Assembly (NCBI RefSeq): GCF_964355755.1
Contig: NC_092673.1
Span: forward strand, 9,858,001-9,922,000
Length of the DNA: 64,000 bases
Source: Antedon mediterranea
Taxonomy: Eukaryota > Animalia > Echinodermata
Direction of reading: 5' to 3'
Under the pieces are notes generated by a model. The model saw nothing but the letters and a program-made list of their open reading frames with translations, ran no database searches and was not told the origin of the DNA. The position numbers and the translations under genes were made by a program. Positions 12,126 to 23,541 of the stretch are shown piece after piece; position 1 is the first letter of the stretch, and each line of letters starts with the position of its first letter.

Positions 12126-12197
12126 CGCCCCAACCGAGACTCGAACTCGGACCGTCTGCTTGATATGCAGTTGCCCTAACCATTAGACCACTGGGAC
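12126..12197 (-). tRNA. tRNA-like element (pseudo-tRNA or SINE head), anticodon position reads ATC
   Basis: GTCCCAG TG GTCTAATGGTTAGGGC A ACTGC ATATCAA GCAGA CGGT CCGAG TTCGAGT CTCGG TTGGGGC G folds as a cloverleaf with A and B boxes; TTTT shortly downstream. Confidence 0.65.
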
Positions 12198-13200
12198 TTT
12201 CATGGTATGGTTCTTTAACTCGATCGGATAACGACCCTTTAACATTCTCGGCGTGGTACGGTTGGAACACAAATCATAAATGTTGAAACCACTTATAAAA
12301 CCTTTTTTTTAAAGAAAATATAATTGTGTTAGGAGAAGGCTAATAAACAAATATATAATGTACAAACCTTTTTCTGGATTAATTAATGGAGCAGGCGTTC
12401 CTAATAATCTGCTGCTGCTACCTAGACTGATTGTTCACCTTCTGACGATAATTGATTGGACCCCCCACGGCATCTGATAACCAACAACAAATTTACGACT
12501 GTTTCAATGATTTAATATCTGACGGCGTATTATTATAACATTGGCCTAGATTGACAGTCAAAGAAAGTCATTGTAAATACCTCCCTTTATGTTGACAGAG
12601 CCAAAATAAAGTTTTGACCATTATCGAATGATTATTTGACAGTGACTTATTATAATACCGGCCTGGTTGACAGCAAAAACGAAGTTATTATTTATTGATC
12701 AAGATTTTACAGATTTCCGTCTACATCTCAATAATACTGTATTATCAGCAAAGGCTTTCATATAGACTCTCTTCTCCCAGACGTTTTTTGGGTCCAGCAG
12801 CTACCTATAAATTATAGTCGAGTTTCCAAATTCACAAAACTGTCAGCCTTAGATACTAAAGCTACCGCTATGAAACAGCTTATTAATGAATGTGTCCTCC
12901 TGGGACATAGCTGGCAAGAGCCGCGGCGCGAAAAATATTGTAAGCAGTGTTAAGAAAATAATTACATTTCTTGCCATTGTAATATATGCCACAATAGGTT
13001 AATTTTGGTGATCATCCTACACTATGTACAGAGTCTACACACCTGGGTGGGTTGTATCATGTCGCACTGGTCGCACATATGCGAGCAAAAATGCAGATCA
13101 AATATAATGATTAATTGTTTCATATCACATGCTCAAGCAATTTGTTTCTAACATCCACAATACAACCCACTCTATTTTGTTTAGGTAGGATTGGTGTATT

Positions 13201-13623
13201 TGACCCGCAACTCGCGTTTTTCGACCCGCAACTCGCGTTTTCCGACCCGCAACTCGCGTTTTCCGACCCGCAACTCGCGTTCGTTTTCCGACTCGCAACT
13301 CGCACTTTCCGACTCGCAACTCGCACTTTCCGACTCGCAACTCGCACTTTCCGACTCGCAACTCGCACTTTCCGACTCGCAACTCGCATTTTCCGACTCG
13401 CAACTCGCACTTTCCGACTCGCAACTCGCACTTTCCGACTCGCAAGTCGCACTTTCCGACTCGCAACTCGCACTTTCCGACTCGCAACTCGCACTTTCCG
13501 ACTCGCAACTCGCACTTTCCGACTCGCAACTCGCACTTTCCGACTCGCAACTCGCACTTTCCGACTCGCAACTCGCACTTTCCGACTCGCAACTCGCACT
13601 TTCCGACTCGCAACTCGCAACTT
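13201..13623. repeat. 21-bp GC-rich minisatellite, ~20 units (TTCCGACTCGCAACTCGCACT)
   Basis: Direct tandem repeats with no spacers; the first ~4 units are a GACCCGCAACTCGCGTT variant. Confidence 0.95.
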
Positions 13624-13795
13624 GCATTGAAGTAACACTCTTATTTCATAGACAAAAAATTCTAAAAATAATGCATGAACTATAGGAAAACGCTATACAA
13701 AATAGACGCGCGCGCCCTCAGCGTGCGAATTCTTTGACACAAAGATGGCTTCTAATTTTCAATGTCGTAACTCTTTATATATATGGCTAGCTCTG

Positions 13796-14516
13796 AGTAG
13801 TACTACCCCCATAGTCTCTCTGAAAATAAAGTTTGGGGAAAAAAGCTTATTTTATGCTTATATAAAATGTATCAAAGCCGATAAATGTAAGTGTGCCGAA
13901 TCGTCTCAGGGCCGAATCGTCCCGGGCCGAATAGTCCCGGGCCGAATCGTCCCAGGGCCGAATCGTCCCGGGCCGAATTGTCTCAGGGCCGAATCGTCCC
14001 GTTAATACCAGAGAGAGAGAGGCTACCCACCACGTCGTAGGCTAGAATTTCATTGAAATTAACCCCATTCAGGATCGATCCCCCATTCACTTTCCGATTT
14101 TACGTTCAAAGGTACAGTAATTCAAATAGGCTAGGCCTACCCTAATTTAAAGTTTAAAGTCATGGATTTTTGGTAAGTTTTATTTTTAATAATACTAGGC
14201 CTAGGCCTAGCCTAGGCCTAGGGGTAGGCCCTCTAGACCTAGCTAGGCCCTAGCCTCTAGGGCTATAGGTATAGGAGGTAGGTCTGATATGGGATGCTAG
14301 TCAAGTCGCCTCATCGCAAAGTCGCCCCATACAAAGTCGCCCAATGGTAGTGGGACGAATCGACCCTAAGACGATTCGGCTCGGGACGATTCGGCCCTGC
14401 TGAGACGATTCGGCACACTTAATTTATCGGCTTTGATATGCACTTATACAGTAAGCATAAAATAAGCTTTTTTCCCCAAACTTTATTTATTTGAGAGACT
14501 ATGGGGTAGCACTACT
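13796..14516. mobile_element. Foldback/MITE-like element with long inverted arms and 15-bp GGGCCGAATCGTCCC subrepeats
   Basis: 13796-~13930 is the imperfect reverse complement of ~14370-14516. Confidence 0.75.
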
Positions 14517-15379
14517 AGGGATAAAGATGCAATAAAGCAAACATTTTGAAAACATTGTCGAAAATGATCATTTTTTAGTCAAGCGAACGATGTAAACAAG
14601 TTACGCCCTCTGTTGGTGGCTTGGCGAATGCACGAAATAAACAAGGTTTTTCGAAGTAATAAATTGAATATAAAATTACGTTTTTTTAGTAATTTATTAT
14701 ATATTATATCAACTTTGTCAATATCAACAAAATACGGACTGTTAAACACCTTTAAAAACTTGATAAATACCAAAAAAATGAATATGAATTTGGTCTAAAG
14801 TGAGACGTTTCGGCCCAAAAGTGGGATATTTCGGCCCCAAAGTGGGCCGAATCGCCCCATCAATAGTGGGCCGAATAGTACACGGTTTCGTTAAAGATGT
14901 AATGTCCCTTGAAACAGAAAAAATGAAAAAAAAAATATTCTAAATTTAAATTAGCCATGTCAAAGTAATACCGTAAAACGGATCAGGTGCCGTTTTCGGC
15001 CACCTCGACTTGTATGGACTATACCATTATAAAAAGATGGGAAAATAGGGGTGTCCCATTTATTAATTGAGTGTGTTAAAATACTGCTGCTTTTGTTCTT
15101 TTGTTTTTCTTGTTGTTTCAGCAACAAATGTTACTTGGCTTCTTATAGTGCAATTCTGGGTAAGACTACATTTTTGTTCTTTAATGTTCACCACCTCCTA
15201 AATTGACCAAACTCACATTATATTTTATGTTACTTTATTTGGTTATCGTTGTGTAAATAAATTGTATATATTGTAACTCCAGTTCTTACTTCTTTCTGTA
15301 CATGTGTTATTGAGCCGTGCATGTGACAAACGTTTGACAAAAACTAAGAGGGTCAGGCATTACTGATTGAAAACATAAT

Positions 15380-15887
15380 AGGGAGGTTTCGCAACCTTAC
15401 GAATACGATAACGAAAACGGATACGTCATACATTTGTGAAACTTTTGAGCTGATCCCCATTTCATATTCGTAAAGCGTATTCGTGTTGACGAATATCACC
15501 AGTCATATTTGTAACTACAAAACGAGTATAGTTTTTGATCTATTTTGCACATTTTGCATTTGAATCAGGAATGATTCATGATTATAATATAATTATAGAT
15601 TTATTGAAAGTAATTTACTAAAGTAATTTACTAAAATGCCAAGTCAATTTTGATAAATAGCAGTTTTTAAAGTCCTCACTCACTTTGATGTTACGCTAGG
15701 CCTAGGCAGCCAAGCACCAAGCAACACGTACCTGCGCTTCGCTCAAATTTACCGCAGTCATATTTTGGACGCGCTTCAATATTTCGTTGCCATGCGAAAC
15801 AGATTTTTTTATGGCTTACGAAAACGAATACGTGTGTGTGACGTATCCGTTTTCGTTATCGTATTCGTAAGATTGCGAAACCTCTCT
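15380..15887. mobile_element. MITE with ~51-bp TIRs; AAT (or TA) TSD; PIF/Harbinger-like
   Basis: AGGGAGGTTTCGCAACCTTACGAATACGATAACGAAAACGGATACGTCACA at left and its near-perfect reverse complement at right; AAT on both sides. Confidence 0.85.
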
Positions 15888-16207
15888 AATGTGGAGTGCC
15901 CCGTAATTTAATTGATTCTACAGTACAATAGATCTTGTAAAGCTGTCTTGACAGCATTGTTGTTTATACAGTTTACTTTATTCTTACTTTCTTTGTTATT
16001 TAATGTCTTACTCAAAGAAAAGCCAGTTACACTGTTTTTATTTTGATTGTATTTAAGTTTAAGTTGACTGCACCACTATTGAGTGTGTTGTCAAAAGTGT
16101 TTTTCAAGTTAATATCATAACAGATAAGAAAATGATTTATAAAAAATGATATCAAACAACCTTAAAATTACATAAAATTGCATTTTGTTTTTCTGCTTTA
16201 AATTAAT

Positions 16208-16430
16208 TCATGTTACCTTTTCATTTTCGGCAATTCCTAATTGAGGTGAATTTTCAACCCATAAAATCATATGAATATGTGGTGAGCCTATGGCTTGATA
16301 TTCAACACGGTAAAAATAATCGATGACTTTACCAATAGGATGTGCATCAGATAGAATTACTTTTCTCAAAAAGTTATGAAACCTTTTATCAAACATTCGT
16401 GCAACTGTAACAGGATTATTAATTCAAACG
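16208..16430 (-). pseudogene. Helitron/Helentron Rep (HUH endonuclease) fragment
   Basis: [39 protein letters not shown] matches the Helitron Rep motif (VEFQ.RGSPHxH..LW). Confidence 0.85.
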
Positions 16431-17138
16431 CCATTATAGGCCTACAAGTTTGTTGTTATGTTTGTCTTTATCTTTACCCAAAATTATATTCAGTCGATCT
16501 TTTGGTTATCAAGATATATAACTATCAACCAATCCTACCAATCCTTCATGCTTATTCCACAGACAAGCAATTGTAAAAAATACGAATCAAACTTACCTGT
16601 TGAACAGGACCGATGTAGCCATCTGCGTGAACCATCGCATTCCATGGCTTGCTGTTTTCTTGTAACTTCCTTTATAGTTCAGTCAATCTAATGATATACC
16701 CACCACAAATTGCAATAGTAACAAAGCAGGTATTTTTGAATTCCTTATAAAGTGTAGAACGACATACTAAAAGTCACCGAAAATCAAAGCATTGGGTCAA
16801 GGGGTCAGAGGTCAATAAAGGTCATTTTAAGTCAAAATTAATATGCCCCATTAATTACATATATTTAACCATTTGAAATACATTATATACAAGTGTGATT
16901 TATGTCATCCGAAAGCTTATTAAATTTCCTATTCAGTGATATCAAACTTATAGTCATAACATTTTATTTAGCATGTCATTTTTGCGGAAAAACACAACAT
17001 AATGTGTCAATTTTGACTAAAAATGTTGTTTTCGCTGTAAACAACAATGGTATACAAACAGGGATACCCTGGGGTGAACATTTCAGTCCAAAGTGATACA
17101 CATGACCAGCTCAAGATGCAGATGAGTTCCTGTTCCTG

Positions 17139-17870
17139 TTGCTTCTGGATGATCTACATTCCATTTTTTCCAGATGGCATTTGTGTTGCCTTTGTTACAG
17201 TATTTATATTGGGATGTGTAAGTATTTTAACGATTTTTTAACCAGTAGAAATACAAAGATGTTCAACAGCAGTTTGACAATGACCTCCATGTTGTATGAC
17301 GTTTGGACCATCTGGGCTGGATTGTCAACAGACCTGGTGATTGAAAAGGTTTCTATGAAAAGTCTCAAAGAAAACCAGAGGTTTGACAAGAGATTTAGGA
17401 ATGAGTACATCCAGACCAAATCTGCGCTGAATGTAATGCCTCGCAATATTATCAGGGCGTTACTCCAGCAGCGGCCAACATAAGAACTTATGGCCACACG
17501 TCAGGAACACAATAGCAATTAAAAAATCCATTGGGTTACGACTCAGAGATTTCATACCATTGACACGGGAGTTACTGCAGGTGACTCGGAATATTGGCAA
17601 TGTGGTATTAAGCATTGAATATTTTGGACTGATGTTAGGCCAGAAAGTCTTGCAATGTATTCAAGATCCTGGAAATAAAGTACATACAGGCAAATATGTG
17701 TGCATCGATCCTACAGTTCCAGAGGAGACTCGAGGGGACAACAAGGAAGTTTTTGAGCATGAACTTTGTTATCCACCAGCACTTTTTGAAACAACCAACT
17801 TACAATACTTTCAGGTAATAAACCAACATGATGCCATGTGGAAACAATGAATAGTCTAACTACTCAAATT
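17139..17870 (+). pseudogene. Decayed DNA transposase fragment, Academ-like (tentative), 5' part
   Basis: WAGLSTDLVIEKVSMKSLK and VFEHELCYPPALFE motifs, with multiple frameshifts. Confidence 0.55.
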
Positions 17871-17879
17871 AGTATATTA

Positions 17880-18440
17880 TGCGCTTGAGCGAGTAAGACG
17901 TGTTTGTCCTGAGCTCCCGGTTTACACATATTTATCACAATGCCTCCTAAACGTACCGCAGCAGCTACAGCTGCTAAGGTTATTTCGCCAGTACGGCCGG
18001 CTAATCTAGGTACGCAGGATGTTACGCCTAGCGATGATGCAAACGGATATTCAAGCTCTTCATGTTAAGATCAATCAAATTATTACTACCTTGGATACAT
18101 TTGGGAATCGCCTCACGAAACTAGAATCATCATCATGAAATGAACACTGAATTGAATTCGCAAAGACGTGAACTAAATGATCTGAAAAAGGCGTTTACCT
18201 ACATGGAAAAGGAAAAGGGTAAGGAAATCAATACTTTATCTAGTAGCCTACGTGATAAAGCTGACGTAATCAAGATTAAACACCTTGAATCGTCAATTGA
18301 AGATCTGGAAAATTGTAGTAAACGAAATAATATTGTTATTTACAACATACCCGAGGGGTCTGAAAAGGATATGAAATGCGAGGTCTTTGTTGCTAACTTT
18401 TTCGTTAAACATATGAAACTGGATGCAGTTTCTGTCTTAG
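17880..18440 (+). mobile_element. 5' end and ORF1 fragment of a plus-strand LINE (coiled coil plus RRM start)
   Basis: MPPKRT start at 17940; IEDLENCSKRNNIVIYNIPEG motif; stops and frameshifts present. Confidence 0.7.
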
Positions 18441-18719
18441 GTATGCAACAAAAGGAGTCTCAGACAACATGTACCGAATGCAAAATCAATTTATTCTTCT
18501 ATGATAATTTCTTATTACATACGAACAAACACAAAACGATACAAACACAAAAACCATAGGCCTCAACCAAGTGAGTGACCGCAATTGAGGGCAATAATTT
18601 AACCTTATGGATAATAAATCTACTTATTCATTCATTCTTTCTTGGAGATCCAAGAAACATTTATTATATATGGCCTTTGGCCCAAATAATATACAATGTA
18701 ATACAATATTAAATAAATA

Positions 18720-21700
18720 TCAGTTGAGTGCGTTTAAAAATTCTGTTCTACGTTTAAATGAAAAAAATAAATATTTTCCAAGTTTAACAATAAGATCAGT
18801 ATTTGTGGCAGACATAAGATAAATATATTTTAATTTAGTTGGGTTGTTTGTATAAAAGGAAAACATATATTTAGTTCTAATATCTGAATAAAATGGACAA
18901 ACTAAAGTGAAATGATATTCATCTTCAATTGATTGTAAAGCACATAATTTGCATAATCTTTCATTTCTATTTATACAATTCCATCTTCCTTTTTCAATTT
19001 CTAATTCTAAAATTCCTAGTCGTATCTTAGTCATAATTTGTCTATGTTTGTAATTTGTTACTTTCGTTAGATATTCTTCAATTCCAAACTTATATTTAAC
19101 GTGCTTGTAATATTGAAGCTTAGAGTGTATCCTAGTATCTTCGTAGAATTTCTGTCGTTCAATATCTGTAAGCCTTTGTTTAAAATTTGAAATAAAAGTA
19201 TATATATTATTAACCTGTTGTGAGTACCATATGTTACCAAATCCATTTATGCATAGTATTTGTTTTACGTCATTGGCCCAACATTGCTCATTTCTTTGAG
19301 CTTTTCTATATTGAAAATCATAACATTGTTTAATAAATTTGTCATTATCCATTTGGATTACTCTAAGCCAATAACGAATTATATTAATGATAATTTGAAT
19401 TTGGATAGTGAATCTTCCACATTCTCCTCTCACTGCAACACTTGGTGCAGAATTACCTATTCCTAGAATGTATTTACAGAATCTTAGATGAACTTTCTCT
19501 AATACTGATATATCATTTAAACCCCATATTTCGCTACCATAAAGTAAGATTGGCATAATCTTAACATCAAATATATGGTTCCATATATTAACTTGGAGGT
19601 TACCAAAACGTCTATGGGTCAATCCTTTTAATGTGAACAAAGCCTTATTAGCTTGTTGACAATTGTATTCTTTGGCTTTATTCCAATTACCATTTGAGTT
19701 GAAAACAACTCCTAAATATTTAAAGGATTTGACAATGTCAACTGTATTTCCATTGTAATTCCATTTTTCAAATTTGTTAAGATTACCACCATTCTTAAAC
19801 ACCATAATATTACTCTTGTTAACATTGACAGTTACTTCCCATCTTGTACAATAGGTAGATAACTTGTTTAAATAATATTGTAGACCATAAACGGTATCAC
19901 CAAATAACATAAGGTCATCTGCATAGAGTAAATGATTAATTTTTAGATTTCCTATTTGGATTCTATGCTCGTCGCCTCCCTCATTTAATGTTTCACTCAA
20001 ATCATTAATAAAAACATTAAATAAAAAGGACGAGAGTGGCGAACCCTGTTGTATACCTATTAGACATTTGAAAGAATTACTAATATTGCCGTCGACCTTA
20101 ACATGTGCTGATAACTTATTGTACATTGAATTAATAACGTTTAACATTTTTCCTTTTACTCCTGAATTTTTTAGTTTTATGTGAAGATATTGATGTCCTA
20201 CGGAGTCAAAGGCTCGTTTAAAATCAATGAAAGCAACATATACTTTCCCACGTTTTTTTCCTAGGTATTTATTCATGATTGTGTTAAGAATAAATACATT
20301 ATCCGATGTTCTGAACCCCTTTCTAAAACCGGCTTGTTCCTGATGTAGAATGTTATTATCTTCTGCCCAAAATTGTAATCTTTTATTGATAATATGTAAG
20401 AAAATTTTAGCAAAAACAGGAATAAGTGATATTCCTCTATAATTCTCTGGTTGTTCTTTGTCACCTTTTTTAAATATTGGGACAATAAGGCTGGTTGCCC
20501 ATTGCTGTGGAAACTGTCCTGTATTATAAATTATATTATATAATTTTGTTATTAGATTGATTACATTTTGAGATGAGTGTATAAAAAGTTCTGGTAATAA
20601 TCCATCGATTCCAGGTGATTTACCTGTTTTTTGGGATTTAATGGCATGAATTACCTCATCTACTGTAATGTCATTATTTAGGTTAGGTTCGTTTTCATTT
20701 ACAGCAGGTTCATCATTAATGATACTTTCTACATTTTGATTATCTCTATTTTCATCAATATGAAATAAGGATTCGAAATGAGTGCGCCATGTATTAATAC
20801 ATATGTTACTTGGAAAATTTGGTTTTGTTTGTTTTAGTTTAATCCAGAATGATTTGGAGTTTTTTTTTCCTAATGATCTAATCAATTCTGTACGTGATCT
20901 TTTAATATAGCTGTATTTCTTATTTTTTATTAATGTTTTATATTCTTTTTTTATTTCCAGGTATGCATTAAGCAATGTTTGTGTACGATTGTGTCGGAAT
21001 CTATTTAAATTTCTTCGAGCTTTGTTTTTAAGTGCAAGACATTGATTGTCATACCATGTGTCTTTAGCTTTAGTTGTTTTATTGTTGGAATTCCTATGGA
21101 TAATTCCTTTACATGCATATTCATACAATCTACCTACAGTTGAAACCGCTTCATCAATTAGGTTATCATTAATCAAGTTAGTTATTTCATTTTTAAGTTC
21201 ATCGATTTTATTATGCTGTAATCTTAATTTAAATGTTTCAGTATATGTTTCTGACCAATTGAATTTAGTTTGTTTAGGATTAGGACAATTTTCAATATTT
21301 AATTTTTTTATTTTTATATTATCTTTAGTTAGTAGGCCTAATTGAAACGTAATTGGCATATGATCAGATTCTATTCTATTTTCTACTTTCAAATCTTCTA
21401 TGTACCTGAAGTTATCAGCTTTTGTCAATATATAATCGACTACGCTTTTGCCTTGTTGTCCTATGAAAGTGTAACTTTTACTATACATTGGGTTAATTCT
21501 ACCATTAGCAATTCTTAAATTCGTTTCTTTACAAAAATTGAGAAGATCTATGCCATAATTATTCGTGACGTTATCTTCATTAATTCTAATTTTTACATTA
21601 CCTTCATCATCTTCAATATATAATTCGTTATCCCAATCTATTGGGCATACATCGTTGTTGACATAATCCAATAAATCTCCTGTTCTACCATTGAAGTCTC

Positions 21701-22130
21701 CAACAATGAATATTTGATTTTTATTATTATATTTATATAAATATTCAGCGTATTCGTTTGTAAGTATTTCATATAAATTGTTATTATTAGCATATGGGGA
21801 GTTTTTATTATAAAAAACTAGCTATTATTATAGAATCGTTCTCCGTTTTGATTCGTAACCACATAATATACTTAGATAAGCTAGGTAATTCTTTAACTTT
21901 GATATTAGTTTTATAATATATCATAATTCCACCTGTATTTCTACCACGGTGTTGTAACTTTTCTTGCATTTTACTTATACAATTATATCCCTTAATGTAG
22001 TAGTCATCACTATAAGTTGTCCAAGTTTCAACCAAACATATTACATCGAAATCACAAATAAATTTTATAAATTCACAATCACTAAAATTACTTTTTAAAC
22101 CATTTATATTCCACACAATAGTCTTTAAAG
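18720..22130 (-). CDS. LINE ORF2 (APE endonuclease - reverse transcriptase - C-terminal zinc finger), one frameshift near 21810
   Basis: SDHMPI, YRGISL, QAGFRKG, FIDFKRAFDSV, QGSPLS, LLYADD, IEKGRW..LCKLC..IEDEYHFTLVC; joins ORFs 18720-21671 and 21808-22116. Confidence 0.85.
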
Positions 22131-22399
22131 AGGTGGACGTGTAAATACTTTTACTTATATTTTTATTTGTAACATTGGTATATATATTGTTATTATTGAC
22201 GTTGTTATTCCTATTATTAACGTCGGCGTTTATGTTATCGTTATCTATACCATTTGTTTGACCATTATTAGTTGTATTGTCAATGTTTTCTTTTTCCTGA
22301 TTTTCGTTATTATTCTCACCTTTATTATTATTATTATTGTCATTTACGTCATTATCAACAATTGTACCAATAATATTATTACATTTGTTGTTTATTTGA

Positions 22400-22931
22400 T
22401 ATGTGTTTGGGCCATGGCCGGACCCCTATCTAGGTTTATATCTACTATACTTAACTACTTTATCATTATCTATATCATATGTAAAAGTTTCGTCATCAAT
22501 AATGAGTTTATCGTATCTTATTTTGAACGGTTTTCCGCTTTTAATAGCTTCATCTATTTTTGGTTGTAAATTTTTTCTGATCTTACGAACTCTTGCTGTG
22601 TAATCTTCGCTGATAGTAATTTGTTTCCTTCTTCATTTTTGTTCATTTTTCGACGTTTTCTACTTGCTTTTAGAACATTTTCTTTAGTTTTGTAATCTTT
22701 GAATTTCACAATGATCGGTCTCGGTTTAAATCTTGCGTTGAGCCTATGTGCCCTCTCAATCTCAATATTCTCCCCACCAATACCGAGATCATTTGTAAAG
22801 TGTTCTTTTACTTTCTTCTCACTCTGATCCCAATTCTCATGTTCGCTATCTATTACTCCATATACTATCAGGTTGTTACGTCTGCTTTGACCTTCAATTT
22901 TGTCTATATGTTTGATTAATTGTAAGTTCAT
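22400..22931 (-). pseudogene. LINE ORF1 fragment (L1-type RRM/CTD)
   Basis: EGQSRRNNLIVYGV, IERAHRL, PRPIIVKFKDYKTKENVL. Confidence 0.75.
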
Positions 22932-23541
22932 TGTTTAAGTACTTAAGTATGACCTGTCTCCAATTACCAGGACTCTCCCAGTATAGTTCATAAATAATTG
23001 CCACTCAGGGCTTACAGAGTAAATACTAGCTCCAGTGTGGTACTTATGTGACTTAAATGTCAACAATCAACTGTTATTACCCAACGCAATTCAAATAATA
23101 TAGAAATATACTACTGCTTATTATTCTGATACTGCGGATTTACAACAACAAGTTATCTTTTCAAATGTCCAAGTGTCAGCTACAGTTCCACACGCTAGCC
23201 GTCTTCTTCTTCCAGTGGTTAACGTGGTCAAAATGGCTGTGGCTTTCAGACTTCCTCCGGTTGTACAATTTACAGATTGTTAAGTGTAACCTCATGGACT
23301 TGAATGTAGGTGTAACAAATTCTATGGTGAACTTCAATTATCATAAGAAACATACATTTTTATCAAGCGACTATTAGGTATAACTTATATACTCACAATG
23401 TCCACTGCCAAAGGCTGCTTAGACTATCATAGGAGACGACGAATTCCATGCACGTTCAGCTGGGAGCCTTGTCGGGAGTTTCAATCCGCGATACTTACCT
23501 TTAGTGATTCTTACCTTTAGTGATTAAAAGAGGCTGTGAGC

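Larger units (their letters stand above)
18480..22931 (-). mobile_element. Non-LTR retrotransposon (RTEX-like, tentative): partial ORF1 plus near-complete ORF2
   Basis: ORF1 RRNNLIVYGV..IERAHRL..RPIIVKF; APE WNINGL..CLVETW; RT; C-terminal CxxC..H..C; AATAAA near 18490. Confidence 0.85.

Noticed and set aside
13115-13685. Five overlapping repetitive ORFs, or a CRISPR-like array
   Set aside because: They arise from a stop-free 21-bp minisatellite; there are no unique spacers, no cas genes, and the context is eukaryotic.
22258-22569. Hydrophobic membrane-protein-like ORF
   Set aside because: Antisense of the AAT-rich low-complexity region of the minus LINE.
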